NCBI GenBank assembly: GCA_964428065.1
Contig: CAYRWZ010000003.1
Location: 1,499 to 65,056 of the forward strand
Direction: 5' to 3'
Origin: an uncultured Comamonadaceae bacterium
GTDB taxonomy: Bacteria > Pseudomonadota > Alphaproteobacteria > Elsterales > Elsteraceae
Length of the DNA: 63,558 bases
This document shows, in pieces, positions 35,438 through 46,428 of the stretch. A program made the position numbers and the translations under genes. The notes under the pieces are model-generated. The model saw only the letters and a program-made list of their open reading frames with translations. It was not told the origin of the DNA and did not search any database. Each line of letters opens with the position of its first letter. The first letter of the stretch is position 1.

Positions 35438-36322
35438 CTACTCGACCGCGCGGCCGGGGGTGCGGCCTCCAGCCGGAGAGGCGGCATCCTCCTCCGACCG
35501 GTAGTCGAGCAGGCGCACCGATTCGAGCCGCTGCCAGTCAACGAACGGGCGGATCAGCACGCCGCGTTCCCCGACTTCGGTCACCACGCCGACGGGAATG
35601 CCGGGCGGAAAGCCGCCGCCATGGCCGGAGGTATAAACCCGGTCGCCCACCGCGATGCGCGCTTCCTGGCGCAGGTAGATCAGGCGTGGCAGTGCGGTAT
35701 TGTCGCCCGCCAGAATGGCCCGCTCGCGGCTGCCATCGACGAAGACCGGCACCCGGCTGTTCAAGTCGGTGATCAGCAGGACGCGGGCGGAACGCGCACC
35801 CACTTCGGTCACCCGCCCGACCAGCCCGTGGCCGGTGACGGCGGTCTGCCCCTTGGCCACCCCCTGCCCGCTGCCAACCGATACCAGAAGATTGCGCACG
35901 AAAGCGCCCCCCGAATCGGCAATCACCCGCCCGGTCACCTGCTTGCCACCCGGCGGCGGGGCGAAATTCAGCAGGTCGCGCAGGGACTGGTTTTCATTAT
36001 CCAGGTGTTTGGCAACCTCGTACCATTGTCGCAGCCGCTCCACCTCCTGCCGCAGCAGGGCGTTTTCTTCCCGCAGCTGGGCCAGACCGCGGATATCGGC
36101 GGCAATCGTGTTCACTGCCTCGACCGGGCTGGAAATAACGCTCAGGACGGGTTGGAAAATATCGGCCACCGTGGTGCGCAGCCGCTCCATCAGGCCCAGT
36201 TCGGCCCGGCTGGCCAGCATGGCCAGGATCGACAGCCCCAGCAGGGAGGCAAAGGCGAATCGGTGCAGCGCTGCCCGAAACGGGGCAGACAGTCGGGACA
36301 CTGCCTGGGGGCGCGCCTTCAT
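35438..36322 (-). CDS. mreC: Rod shape-determining protein MreC
   Basis: N-terminal TM and coiled coil (LREENALLRQEVERLRQW), then a beta-rich domain (GLVGRVTEVGARSARVLLITDLNSRVPV..VYTSGHGGGFPPGIPVG). Confidence 0.9.
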   Translation of the reverse strand: MKARPQAVSRLSAPFRAALHRFAFASLLGLSILAMLASRAELGLMERLRTTVADIFQPVLSVISSPVEAVNTIAADIRGLAQLREENALLRQEVERLRQWYEVAKHLDNENQSLRDLLNFAPPPGGKQVTGRVIADSGGAFVRNLLVSVGSGQGVAKGQTAVTGHGLVGRVTEVGARSARVLLITDLNSRVPVFVDGSRERAILAGDNTALPRLIYLRQEARIAVGDRVYTSGHGGGFPPGIPVGVVTEVGERGVLIRPFVDWQRLESVRLLDYRSEEDAASPAGGRTPGRAVE

Positions 36323-36515
36323 TCCTGTCTCGCCAGCAACCCTAAGGTGGGGGCCTGCCCGCCACCCTGCCCGGCGCCCCTGCCATCGAACCGGGGCCGA
36401 ACACGATCTTGGGCCAGTGCCACGTGGTTATGTCTGCGTTCTGTCTTCACCAAACCGCAACCGCCGCGATTTACCTTAACCGTAACGGCTGCGATACGAT
36501 TTCAATCTACCCGGT

Positions 36516-37565
<1,050 letters not shown>

Positions 37566-37783
37566 TCAAACCCAGCAAAGAGCTACCGGAAACCGGGCCG
37601 GCACCGACAGCGCGGCATGACGACGCCTTGTTTCGGATACCGGTCGACGAACATGGTTTACGCTGAACCGCGCGGCGGCGGCAACGGTTTTTAGGCGTTC
37701 AATTGCGGCAAATTCTTGGCGATTGAATCCTTTCGCCCCTAGGATGCTAAAATATCGGGAAACCCAACAAAGGGAGCAGAGCC

Positions 37784-38626
37784 ATGCGAGCCATCCTGTC
37801 GATCCTGTGGAGCGAGCAGACCGCCCCTTCCGTGCTGGACCTGTCGGCGCGCATCGCCCGGCGCTTCGGCGGCCATGTCACCGGCCTTGCCATCCGCCCA
37901 GCCTTCGAGAGCTTCGTGCCGAGCGGCGATTTCGGGCTGGCACTGTCGCAGGATTACCTGGACCGGGTGCAGAAACAGGGGGCGGAGCGGATCGAGCGGC
38001 TGCAGCAGCAATTCGATCACGCGATGCGCGCCAATGGCGACGTGCCCCATAGCTGGCGGGAAGATGAGGGGCCGTCGGCCACCACCATCGGCATGGTCGG
38101 CCGGGTGTTCGACCTGGCGGTGATCGCGCGCCCGGACCAGGGCGGATCGGCCGAACCCGAAGTGATGCTGGAGGCCGCCTTGTTCGAAACCGGCCGGCCG
38201 GTGCTGGTGGCCCCGCCCAGCCTGCCGCCCGCCACCGACCAGGCCAAGGGCGACGGGCGGCGCATCCTGATCGCATGGAACGGCAGTTCGGAAACCGCGC
38301 GCACCATCGCGCTGGGCATGCCGCTGCTGCAGGGGGCGGAGGAAATCCATATCGTCCAGGTTGACAGTGCCTGGGTGCCCGGCCCGCATAGCCGCGATGT
38401 GGCGGAGTATCTGACCCGCAACGGCCTGTCCGTGACATCGGTGGGCGAGGTCAAGGCCGGCGACCGCAACCCGGGGGAGGCGATGCTGGCCGAAGCCGCA
38501 GCGCGCGGCTGCGATCTGATGATCAAGGGCGCCTATACCCAAAGCCGGTTGCGGCAGATGATCTTCGGCGGCGCCACCAACCATATCCTGGGCAATCTGC
38601 AAATCCCGGTCTTCTTCGCCCATTGA
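37784..38626 (+). CDS. Universal stress protein (tandem UspA domains)
   Basis: 280 aa. The second domain ends with the typical DLMIKGAYTQSRLRQMIFGGATNHIL. SD AAGGGAG upstream. Confidence 0.82.
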   Translation: MRAILSILWSEQTAPSVLDLSARIARRFGGHVTGLAIRPAFESFVPSGDFGLALSQDYLDRVQKQGAERIERLQQQFDHAMRANGDVPHSWREDEGPSATTIGMVGRVFDLAVIARPDQGGSAEPEVMLEAALFETGRPVLVAPPSLPPATDQAKGDGRRILIAWNGSSETARTIALGMPLLQGAEEIHIVQVDSAWVPGPHSRDVAEYLTRNGLSVTSVGEVKAGDRNPGEAMLAEAAARGCDLMIKGAYTQSRLRQMIFGGATNHILGNLQIPVFFAH

Positions 38627-38719
38627 CCGGATTGCAAGCCTCGGTCTAACTCTTGCCCCCTGTGCCGCGCCTGACGTCAGCCGCGGCGGCTCTTTTCCGG
38701 GCAAGAGGGGATTGACGCG

Positions 38720-39985
38720 ATGGGGGTTTTGGCCGAACTGGAATGGCGCGGGCTGGTACACCAGAAAACCGCCGACGATTTGGGCGAGATTTTGGACAGC
38801 CGCAAGATCACCTTCTACAATGGCTATGACCCCACTGCCGCATCGCTGCATATCGGCCATCTGCTGCCGCTGACCATGATGCGCCACATGCAGCGCGACG
38901 GCCATCAGGTGATCGCCCTGGTTGGCGGCGGCACCGGCATGATCGGCGATCCGTCCGGCAAATCGACCGAGCGCAATCTTCTGTCGATGGACGAGATCGA
39001 GCATAACGCCAAGCTGATCGGCGCCCAGATCGAACGCATCCTGGATGCCGACGGCAAGCGGCCGATCCACGTCAACAATATCGAATGGCTGGGCCAGATG
39101 GGCCTGCTGGAATTCCTGCGCGATACCGGCAAGCATTTCTCGGTCAACATGATGATCAACCGCGATTCGGTGAAATCCCGCTTCGAGCGCGAAGGGGAGG
39201 GCATCTCCTTCACCGAATTCACCTACAGCCTGTTGCAGGCGCGGGATTTTCTGGAACTGCACAAGCGCTATGGCTGCGACATGCAGACCGGCGGGTCCGA
39301 CCAGTGGGGCAATATCGTCGGCGGGGTGGATCTGGTGCGCCGCGTTACCGGCAACCGCGCCTTCGGCATGACCGTGCCGCTGCTGCTCAACTCCGAGGGC
39401 AAGAAATTCGGCAAATCGGAGAAAGGGGCCGTGTTCCTCGACCCCGCGCTGACCAGCCCCTATGCCTTCTATCAGTTCTGGCTCAACGTCTCGGACGAGG
39501 ATGTGCTGCGCCTGCTGAAACTGTTCACCTTCCTGCCGAAAGAGCAGATTGACGCCATGGCCGGCGATGTGGGCAGCGGTGCCCGCCCGGCGCAGAAGCT
39601 GCTGGCCGAAACCATGACCGAACAGATCCACGGTAAAGCAGAGGCCCAGGCGGCAATCGCCGCGTCGCAGGCGCTGTTCGGCGGCGATATCCGCGCCCTG
39701 CCGGTGAAAACCCTGCTGGAAGTCTTTGCCGAAGTCCCGTCCATCACCCTGACGCGCGGGCAGGTGGCCCAGGGCGTGGCGCTGCTGGATCTTCTGGTCG
39801 ATACCGGCCTGTGCCCGTCCAAGGGCGATGCCCGCCGCCAGATTCAGCAAGGCGGCATCCGGCTGAACGGCGGCGAGCCGATCACCGGCGAGCCGACCCT
39901 GACCGCCAATGACTTTATCGACGGCCAGATCCTCGTCCTCCGCCGCGGTAAAAAGAACTATGGCGTGGTGAAGATTGAGGGTTGA
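38720..39985 (+). CDS. tyrS: Tyrosine--tRNA ligase
   Basis: FYNGYDPTAASLHIGHL (HIGH motif), KFGKSE (KMSKS-type motif), and a C-terminal S4-like domain (GDARRQIQQGGIRLNG). Confidence 0.95.
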   Translation: MGVLAELEWRGLVHQKTADDLGEILDSRKITFYNGYDPTAASLHIGHLLPLTMMRHMQRDGHQVIALVGGGTGMIGDPSGKSTERNLLSMDEIEHNAKLIGAQIERILDADGKRPIHVNNIEWLGQMGLLEFLRDTGKHFSVNMMINRDSVKSRFEREGEGISFTEFTYSLLQARDFLELHKRYGCDMQTGGSDQWGNIVGGVDLVRRVTGNRAFGMTVPLLLNSEGKKFGKSEKGAVFLDPALTSPYAFYQFWLNVSDEDVLRLLKLFTFLPKEQIDAMAGDVGSGARPAQKLLAETMTEQIHGKAEAQAAIAASQALFGGDIRALPVKTLLEVFAEVPSITLTRGQVAQGVALLDLLVDTGLCPSKGDARRQIQQGGIRLNGGEPITGEPTLTANDFIDGQILVLRRGKKNYGVVKIEG

Positions 39986-40031
39986 ATAAAGTTAAAAATA
40001 AAAACGCCAAAATATAATCCACAAGAAAAAA

Positions 40032-40070
40032 CCGGAGTCTGATAAGGAATCGTAAGACTCCGGTTGTCTT
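40032..40070 (+). terminator. Candidate tyrS terminator
   Basis: CCGGAGTC..GACTCCGG (8 bp, 16-nt loop) followed by TTGTCTT. It sits in an A-rich spacer 46 nt after the stop. Confidence 0.45.
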
Positions 40071-40191
40071 ACAGCGCAAGCTCGTCTAAAACGTAAACCA
40101 CTCGTTAACCTCTTGGGTTTGGTCCTGCCGTACCGGCAGGCTTTTGATCCGTGAGCGGCGAGCGGTATTAACGATTTGGCGAGATGGCATC

Positions 40192-41187
40192 ATGCGTGTG
40201 GGGCAGAAGGTTTGGTCATTCGGTGTGGCGGGCGCGGCAATGATGGCGCTGGCCGGGTGCATGAGCGAGACCACGATGGGGGGCAATACCGGCCCGGCCA
40301 CCGGGTCGGCTGGCCCGAACGGGTCGACCGGCGCCTCTGCCCAGCTGGAAAAATGCGACCGCCCCTTGGGCATCATCGCGCTGGTTGAAGTGCAGGATGC
40401 TGCTTCGGCCCAGCAACTGGCTTCGTTCGGCCTCGGCTCTCCCCTGCCTGTGCTCCGCCTGCTGATGCAGCAATCCAACTGCTTCCAGGTGGTCGATCGC
40501 GGTCAGGCGATGCAGACCATCCTGCAGGAACGCCAGCTGGCCCAGGGTGGCGAAACCCGTACCGGCGCCAATATGGGCAGCGGCCAGATGGTGGCGGCCG
40601 ATCTGGCCTTGACGCCGAACGTGCTGTTCTCCGGCAATACCGGCGGCGGCAATGTCGGCCTCGGCTTCCTGCCCGGCTGGGGCGGTGTGATCGGCGGTGC
40701 AATTGACGGCGGACTGAAATTCACCAGCGCGCAGACCGTGCTGACGCTGACCGACGTTCGCTCCACCCTTCAGGTGGCATCGTCCGAAGGCTCTGCCACG
40801 GCCAAGGATTTCAATATCGGTGCCGGCCTGTTCGGCGCTTCGTTGGGCGGCAGCTTCGGCGCCTATGGCAATACCCCGGAAGGCAAGGTGGTCACCGCCG
40901 CGCTGATGGATGGCTATAACAAGATCGTCCGGTCGGTGCGCGCCATGCCGCCGCTGCCGTCGGTGTCCGGCGTGGCGCAGCAGCAGCAGGCCGCAGCGCC
41001 GGGTGCGCGGACGGCCCGCATACTGGGCAACTATAACCTGCGCGCCGGCCCCGGCACCGATTTCGACGTGATCGGCAAGGTCAATCCCGGCACCCAGGTG
41101 ACGCTGACCGGCAAGCGCCAAGGCGACTGGGTCGAAGTGTCGTTCGCCGACAAGATGGGTTGGCTGCAAAGCCAGTCGATGCGCTAA
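40192..41187 (+). CDS. CsgG/HfaB-family lipoprotein fused to a C-terminal SH3b-like domain
   Basis: Lipobox MALAGC. CsgG-like core (LGIIALVEVQD..VLRLLMQQSNCFQVVDRGQ..MVAADLALTPNVLFS..). The C-terminal ILGNYNLRAGPGTDFDVIGKVNPGTQVTLTGKRQGDWVEVSF..GWL matches bacterial SH3 (SH3_3) signatures. Confidence 0.72.
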   Translation: MRVGQKVWSFGVAGAAMMALAGCMSETTMGGNTGPATGSAGPNGSTGASAQLEKCDRPLGIIALVEVQDAASAQQLASFGLGSPLPVLRLLMQQSNCFQVVDRGQAMQTILQERQLAQGGETRTGANMGSGQMVAADLALTPNVLFSGNTGGGNVGLGFLPGWGGVIGGAIDGGLKFTSAQTVLTLTDVRSTLQVASSEGSATAKDFNIGAGLFGASLGGSFGAYGNTPEGKVVTAALMDGYNKIVRSVRAMPPLPSVSGVAQQQQAAAPGARTARILGNYNLRAGPGTDFDVIGKVNPGTQVTLTGKRQGDWVEVSFADKMGWLQSQSMR

Positions 41188-41249
41188 ACGCTCGCATCCT
41201 GCACAGCACAGGGCAGCACAGCACCTGCCCCTCTTGGCGGGCCCCTGTT

Positions 41250-41286
41250 GGCCGGTGGAGACCCCCTTCTCCACCGGCCATTTTTC
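41250..41286 (+). terminator. Intrinsic terminator after the CsgG-like gene
   Basis: 12-bp stem GGCCGGTGGAGA / TCTCCACCGGCC, 6-nt loop, then ATTTTT. Confidence 0.72.
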
Positions 41287-41295
41287 TGCCTGCGA

Positions 41296-42279
41296 TCAGG
41301 CGGCGGGCTGCTTGGTGCCTGGCCGTCCGGTCAGCAAGCGTTTGATCCAGACGCGCCCGGCACGCCAGACGATGCCCAGGAGGCACAGCGCGGAAAAGGC
41401 GATGACACTGCCGAACGTGAAGGGGGACCAGGCAACCCGCCCCTCCAGCGTTTGAAATAGGAATAGCAGGGCCGGTACGGCCGCCAGCGCCAGTTCCACC
41501 GTCAGGGCCGAGACCGATTGCAGGGATTTCTGCAAGGCATAGGCCGGGGCAACGATCACCAGCAGGCCGCCGCCGGCAATCAGCAGCAGAAGGGGCCAGG
41601 GCGGCAGCGCGCCACCTGCGGGCCAGCCATCCGCAGCCAGCACCGCCATGACCAGCACCAGCGGCAGATAGCGAAGGGCCATGCCATCGGCCACCCCCAG
41701 CCCGGCCTCGCTGGCCTGGCGCAGCTGAATCATCGCCAGCGGGGCCAGCACACCGCTGAGCAACGCCAGCGCCGCGGCCCCGACCAGTATGGTGGATATC
41801 ATCATCGGGCCAAGCGCCGGACCAAACATCGGCGGGGCGATGGATGCCGTCTGCCCCAGGCCGACGCCGACAAGAACACTGGCCAGCACTGCCAGCAGCC
41901 CGCCCTGGATCAGCATTTCCCCCCGGCTGAATGCCTGTTCCGCCACCTGGTTTGACGGCCAGATCCGGCAGCCGAGCCAGGTTGCCACTGGCCCCATCCC
42001 GGTGAACAGGATGATCGCCACCGCAGGCTCCAGCACCGTCAGGGAATAAAGATAGGCCAGCCAGGCCAGCGCGGTCAGCACCCCGGCGCTGACACCCTGC
42101 CAACGGATGGCTGGCAGGGCCGCCCAGAACCGGCGCGCGCCGCCTTGGAGCAGTCGCCAGACGGTCCAGGGGCCAAAGCACAAGACGCCCAGCAGCGCAA
42201 CGTCAACCGATTGCGCAATCCGTGCAAAGCCAACATCGCGCAGGGCCATCAGAATCAGGGCGGCGATCAGGTATGGCAT
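41296..42279 (-). CDS. EamA/DMT-superfamily-like membrane transporter
   Basis: About 327 aa with roughly 10 hydrophobic segments. ATG 42279 is preceded by AAAGGA. The family call rests on overall topology only. Confidence 0.6.
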   Translation of the reverse strand: MPYLIAALILMALRDVGFARIAQSVDVALLGVLCFGPWTVWRLLQGGARRFWAALPAIRWQGVSAGVLTALAWLAYLYSLTVLEPAVAIILFTGMGPVATWLGCRIWPSNQVAEQAFSRGEMLIQGGLLAVLASVLVGVGLGQTASIAPPMFGPALGPMMISTILVGAAALALLSGVLAPLAMIQLRQASEAGLGVADGMALRYLPLVLVMAVLAADGWPAGGALPPWPLLLLIAGGGLLVIVAPAYALQKSLQSVSALTVELALAAVPALLFLFQTLEGRVAWSPFTFGSVIAFSALCLLGIVWRAGRVWIKRLLTGRPGTKQPAA

Positions 42280-42383
42280 GGAGGATCCTTTCTTGGTGTG
42301 GATCAACCATGCCGGCCGCCCGGTGGACCGGGCGACCCGATTCTTGCAGAAAGCTGGCGTGGCGGAAAACCGATCCGGTGCGG

Positions 42384-44489
42384 TCAGGCGCCGGACTTTT
42401 CGATCCCGCTTGCGGTGAAGCGCCACCGCTCGACAATGGAGGCCCGCCCGCCGGGCAGTTCGCCGGTATGCTGCACCACGGGGCCGAGCGACAAGACCCC
42501 ACCAACCCGGCCAAAGACCGGGATCCGGTCCAGCGGGCAGGCAATGGTCAGCGTCTGCCCGCCGTCATGCACAGTGCCGCTGGCAAGATCGACCCAGCGT
42601 TCCCCGGCCGGCAGATAGACGGCCATGCGCCCTCCGGTCATCGCCTCCGGCTCTGTCACCGGGCAGACCAGCAGATCCGGGCCGCACAGGAATTGCAGAT
42701 CGAAGGCCCAGGCCGCCGGATCCTTCGGGAAGGCCAACACCATGGCGCGCATCACCGGCAGGCCGGTCGCCGCCGCTGTATCCATGGCCTGCGCCAGATA
42801 GGGGATCAGCCGATAGCGCCATTCCAGCGTCTCGCGGCAGATGCCCAGCGCTTCTTGTCCAAAGCCCCAGGGTTCGCGCACGCCGATACCGTGGAAGCGG
42901 AAGTGGGAGCCGTAAATCGCCGCCTGGGTCCAGCGGATATAGAGTTCCGGTTCTGGCTGGCGGGCGCCATAGAAGCCGCCGACATCAGAGGCATAATAGG
43001 GCACGCCCGACAGGCCCCAGTTCAGGCCGCCGCGGATCGAGCCGACCAGCCCGCCCCAATCCGATTGCGGATCGCCACCCCACTGGACAGGATAGCGCTG
43101 GCTGCCAATCCAGCCCGACCGCGCCCACACCATCGGTTCCCCCGAATAATGCTGTTCGGTCGCCTCGTAAACGCAGCGATTGTACAGCAGGGCATAGACC
43201 GAGTGCAGCCGCCGTCCGCCATCGCCGTTGAAGGCCACCACCTCGTCCGGGATCTGTTCGCCGAAATCGACCTTCATCACATCGACGCCGATATCGAACA
43301 GCGCCTTATGCTGATCGCGCCAGAAGGCATAGGCGTCCGGGTTGGTGAAATCCAGCAGGCCAGACGTTGGCAGCGGGGTCAGCACCTGGCCGAAGGGGCC
43401 GGGATCCCAGTGATACTGATACGGCTCCCCAGTCTTGGCGTCTTTCAGGAAATAGCCCTTGGCCGCCAATTCGCCGAAGCGCGGATTGTTGATCGAAACA
43501 TAGGGATATTCCCAATTGCACACCTTGAAGCCCAGATCCTTCAGGGCCTGGACCGATGCCTTGGGATCGTCGAACCGGCTGGGGTCCCATTCGAACAGGA
43601 ACCGGGTGGGCGTATCCTGCCAGGCACGGCCGTCGAAGGTGATGACATCGCAGGGGATGCGATGGGCGCGGATTTCCTGCGCCGCCTGCAACGCCTCTGC
43701 CGGGGTGCGGTAATAGGCGCGCGACAGCCAGACACCCAGGCTCCAGTCAGGCGGGCGCTGGGGCCGGCCGGTCAGCCAGGTCAGCCGTTCCAGCAAGGCG
43801 GCAGGGTCTTGCCCAACGAACAGGAACAGGTCGGCGGCGACATCCTCCACCAACATCACCAGGCTGCGGTTGGACCATTGCGGATGGCCGACCCCGCTGA
43901 TGACCGTGGCCGGGCTGTGGGCCAGCACGCCCCAGCCCTTGGGGCTGAAGGCAAACGGAATGTTCTTGTAGGCATGTTCGGTATTGACGCCCAGCGCATC
44001 CTCGTTGCGGCTGTTGATCAGCTGGCCGCGCGCATCGAGGGTGGAAAACCGTTCGCCCAGGCCATAGATGCCCTCGCTTCCCTGTAAGGCGAAGCTGACC
44101 ATCCAATGATCGGGGCCACGCGCGATGGCGGGCAGGCGGGTCCAGCCGCGAAAATGTTCGTCGCTGATGCTGGTCGCCACCAGATCATGCGCCCGGTACA
44201 GGCGGAAGCGCACCGGGTTGACGGTGAAGTCGATCACCACCCCGCCCCCGGCAACGCGGAAGCCGTCCGGCACCTCCATCACCATGGCCTCGGTGCCGTC
44301 GCCCGCCGGTTCGGCCTGCAGGCCATAGTCGGGCAGGTCAGAATCGCCCAGGCGCAGGCGCAGGATGCCCTGGGCATGGATGGTAACGGTCAGCGGGCCG
44401 ATTTCGGTGGCGAAACGCACCCCGTTCGGCAGGGGCTGCGGCGCCGACAGGGTTTCGGCAACACGGAAGGCGGAAACGTCGATGGTCAT
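42384..44489 (-). CDS. Glycoside hydrolase family 31 (YicI-like alpha-xylosidase/alpha-glucosidase)
   Basis: 701 aa. The nucleophile region GVDVMKVDFGEQIP resembles YicI (KTDFGE). Also WARSGWIGSQRYPVQWGGD and SHFRFHG. Confidence 0.88.
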   Translation of the reverse strand: MTIDVSAFRVAETLSAPQPLPNGVRFATEIGPLTVTIHAQGILRLRLGDSDLPDYGLQAEPAGDGTEAMVMEVPDGFRVAGGGVVIDFTVNPVRFRLYRAHDLVATSISDEHFRGWTRLPAIARGPDHWMVSFALQGSEGIYGLGERFSTLDARGQLINSRNEDALGVNTEHAYKNIPFAFSPKGWGVLAHSPATVISGVGHPQWSNRSLVMLVEDVAADLFLFVGQDPAALLERLTWLTGRPQRPPDWSLGVWLSRAYYRTPAEALQAAQEIRAHRIPCDVITFDGRAWQDTPTRFLFEWDPSRFDDPKASVQALKDLGFKVCNWEYPYVSINNPRFGELAAKGYFLKDAKTGEPYQYHWDPGPFGQVLTPLPTSGLLDFTNPDAYAFWRDQHKALFDIGVDVMKVDFGEQIPDEVVAFNGDGGRRLHSVYALLYNRCVYEATEQHYSGEPMVWARSGWIGSQRYPVQWGGDPQSDWGGLVGSIRGGLNWGLSGVPYYASDVGGFYGARQPEPELYIRWTQAAIYGSHFRFHGIGVREPWGFGQEALGICRETLEWRYRLIPYLAQAMDTAAATGLPVMRAMVLAFPKDPAAWAFDLQFLCGPDLLVCPVTEPEAMTGGRMAVYLPAGERWVDLASGTVHDGGQTLTIACPLDRIPVFGRVGGVLSLGPVVQHTGELPGGRASIVERWRFTASGIEKSGA

Positions 44490-44530
44490 GGTCGACAGAC
44501 TCGGTCAAACGAAAGGAGAGGGAAAGCAGA

Positions 44531-45385
44531 TCAACCCTTGAGGCCGCCCTGGGTCAATCCGCTGACCACCCGTTCCTGGAAGATCACGATCAGAATCGCC
44601 AGGGGAACGATGGCCACCACCAGCGCGGCGGAGATGATCGGCCAGGGAAAGGCAAATTCGCCCTGATAAAGGGTGATGCCGACCGGCAGGGTCCGCATGC
44701 TCATGCTGCTGTTCATCGACAGGGCCAACAGGAATTCATCCCAGGCATTGACGAAGGAAATCAGCCCCGCCGTAAACACGCCCGGCGCAGACAGCGGCAC
44801 CACCACCTTCCACAGCGCGCCCACGCGGGTGCAGCCGTCGATCATGGCGGCATTTTCCAGATCGCGGGGAATGCCTTCGAAAAAGCTGGTCAGCATCAGG
44901 ATGCACACCGGCAGGTTCAGCACGGCATAGGGCAGGATCAGCGCCATATAGGTGTTCAGCAGCCCCAGCCCGCGCATGGTCTGGAACAACGGCACCATCA
45001 GGCTGATCAGCGGGAACATGGAAATCGCAACGATGGCCGACAGGATCAGATTGCGATGGCGCAGCCGCAGCCGGGCAATCGCATAGGCCGCCAGGGCAGA
45101 GACGAACAGCGTCAACGCCGTGGACAGCAGCGCCACCATCAGGCTGTTGAAGATGAAGGTGGTCAGCGGCTGTTCGGCAAAGGCTTTCAGATAGTTCTGA
45201 AAGCTGGGGTCCTGCGGCAGATAGGTGATGGGGATCCGCGTCAGTTCGGCATCGGTCTTGAAGGAGGTAAGCAGGATCCACACCGCCGGGAAAAAGCCGT
45301 TGACGATCAGCAGCAGCCCGGCACAGGCCAGCCAGAACCGGCGGCCCAGCGTAAACTCCTGCCCGCCAATCGAAAGCGCGGTCAT
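44531..45385 (-). CDS. Carbohydrate ABC transporter permease
   Basis: The EAA loop DLENAAMIDGCTRVGALWKVVVPLSAPG is MalG-like. The ATG overlaps the upstream stop (ATGA at 45382-45385). Confidence 0.9.
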   Translation of the reverse strand: MTALSIGGQEFTLGRRFWLACAGLLLIVNGFFPAVWILLTSFKTDAELTRIPITYLPQDPSFQNYLKAFAEQPLTTFIFNSLMVALLSTALTLFVSALAAYAIARLRLRHRNLILSAIVAISMFPLISLMVPLFQTMRGLGLLNTYMALILPYAVLNLPVCILMLTSFFEGIPRDLENAAMIDGCTRVGALWKVVVPLSAPGVFTAGLISFVNAWDEFLLALSMNSSMSMRTLPVGITLYQGEFAFPWPIISAALVVAIVPLAILIVIFQERVVSGLTQGGLKG

Positions 45386-46320
45386 TCGGACGTCCCCCCG
45401 CGAATGAATTTCAGATACAGCACCGTCGCCACCATGCTGACGCCGAACATCAACACCGCCAGCGCCGAGCCATAGCCGAGATCCAGGAAATCGATCGTGT
45501 TCTTCTGGATGTACATGGCCAGGGTTTCGGTGGTGTTGCCCGGACCGCCCCCGGTCATGGCATAGGGGATGTCGAAGGTCTGGATCGCCGTGATGGTGCG
45601 GAAGATCAGCGCCACCATGATGGCCGGCTTCAGCATCGGCAGCGTGATCTTCCAGAATTGCTGCCACTTGGTTGCGCCATCCACCTCTGCCGCCTCATAC
45701 AGATGGCGGGGGATGGTCTGCAACCCGGCCAGCAGGATCATCGCCATGAAGCTGGACGCCTTCCAGATGATGACCAGGCAGATCGCACCCATCGCCAGGG
45801 TGGGATCGGTTAGCCAGGAGGTCCGGTCCGGCAGGCCCAGACGGCCCAGGATATCGTTGATAAACCCGTATTCGGTGTGGAAGAACCAGCGGAAAATCAG
45901 CCCGGCGAACACCATCGGCAGCGCCCAGGGCAGCAGCAGCGCCAGCCGCGTCGGCCAGCGATAGCGGAATGGCATATTGGCCAGCAGCGCCAGGATCATG
46001 CCGACCACCAGACTGCCGGGCACCGTCACCAGCACGATGATCACGGTGTTCCAGGTCACCTCCCAGAACAGCGGATCTTCGACCAGGGCATAGCGGAAAT
46101 TTTCTAATCCAATGAAGGCGATATTTTCGGCCCCTGCGGTCATGCGCAGGTCGAACAGGCTGTTATAGAACAGGCGCAGCACCGGCCAGACGACGATCAG
46201 GCCCAGCAGGGCGGCGGCGGGCAGCAGCATCCAGAAGGCCAGGGCCCCTTCTGACATATCCCGCTTGGGCTTCGATGCACCCGGACTGGATGCACCCCGA
46301 CTGAGGGTCGAATCGGTCAT
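45382..46320 (-). CDS. Carbohydrate ABC transporter permease
   Basis: The EAA loop LYEAAEVDGATKWQQFWKITLPMLKP is MalF-like. Confidence 0.9.
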   Translation of the reverse strand: MTDSTLSRGASSPGASKPKRDMSEGALAFWMLLPAAALLGLIVVWPVLRLFYNSLFDLRMTAGAENIAFIGLENFRYALVEDPLFWEVTWNTVIIVLVTVPGSLVVGMILALLANMPFRYRWPTRLALLLPWALPMVFAGLIFRWFFHTEYGFINDILGRLGLPDRTSWLTDPTLAMGAICLVIIWKASSFMAMILLAGLQTIPRHLYEAAEVDGATKWQQFWKITLPMLKPAIMVALIFRTITAIQTFDIPYAMTGGGPGNTTETLAMYIQKNTIDFLDLGYGSALAVLMFGVSMVATVLYLKFIRGGTSE

Positions 46321-46428
46321 GGCTCCGGTATCCGTGGAACGGCTGCACGCGATAAGGGGGTGATCCGCCCCATTCCTACGGGCAATGCCGTGGGAATGGG
46401 GGGATCGATCGGACGGTTAACCCGGCGC

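Noticed and set aside
37739-39850. 703-aa minus-strand ORF
   Set aside because: It is antisense to the usp and tyrS genes, whose motifs (HIGH, KFGKS) are unambiguous. Composition-driven shadow ORF.
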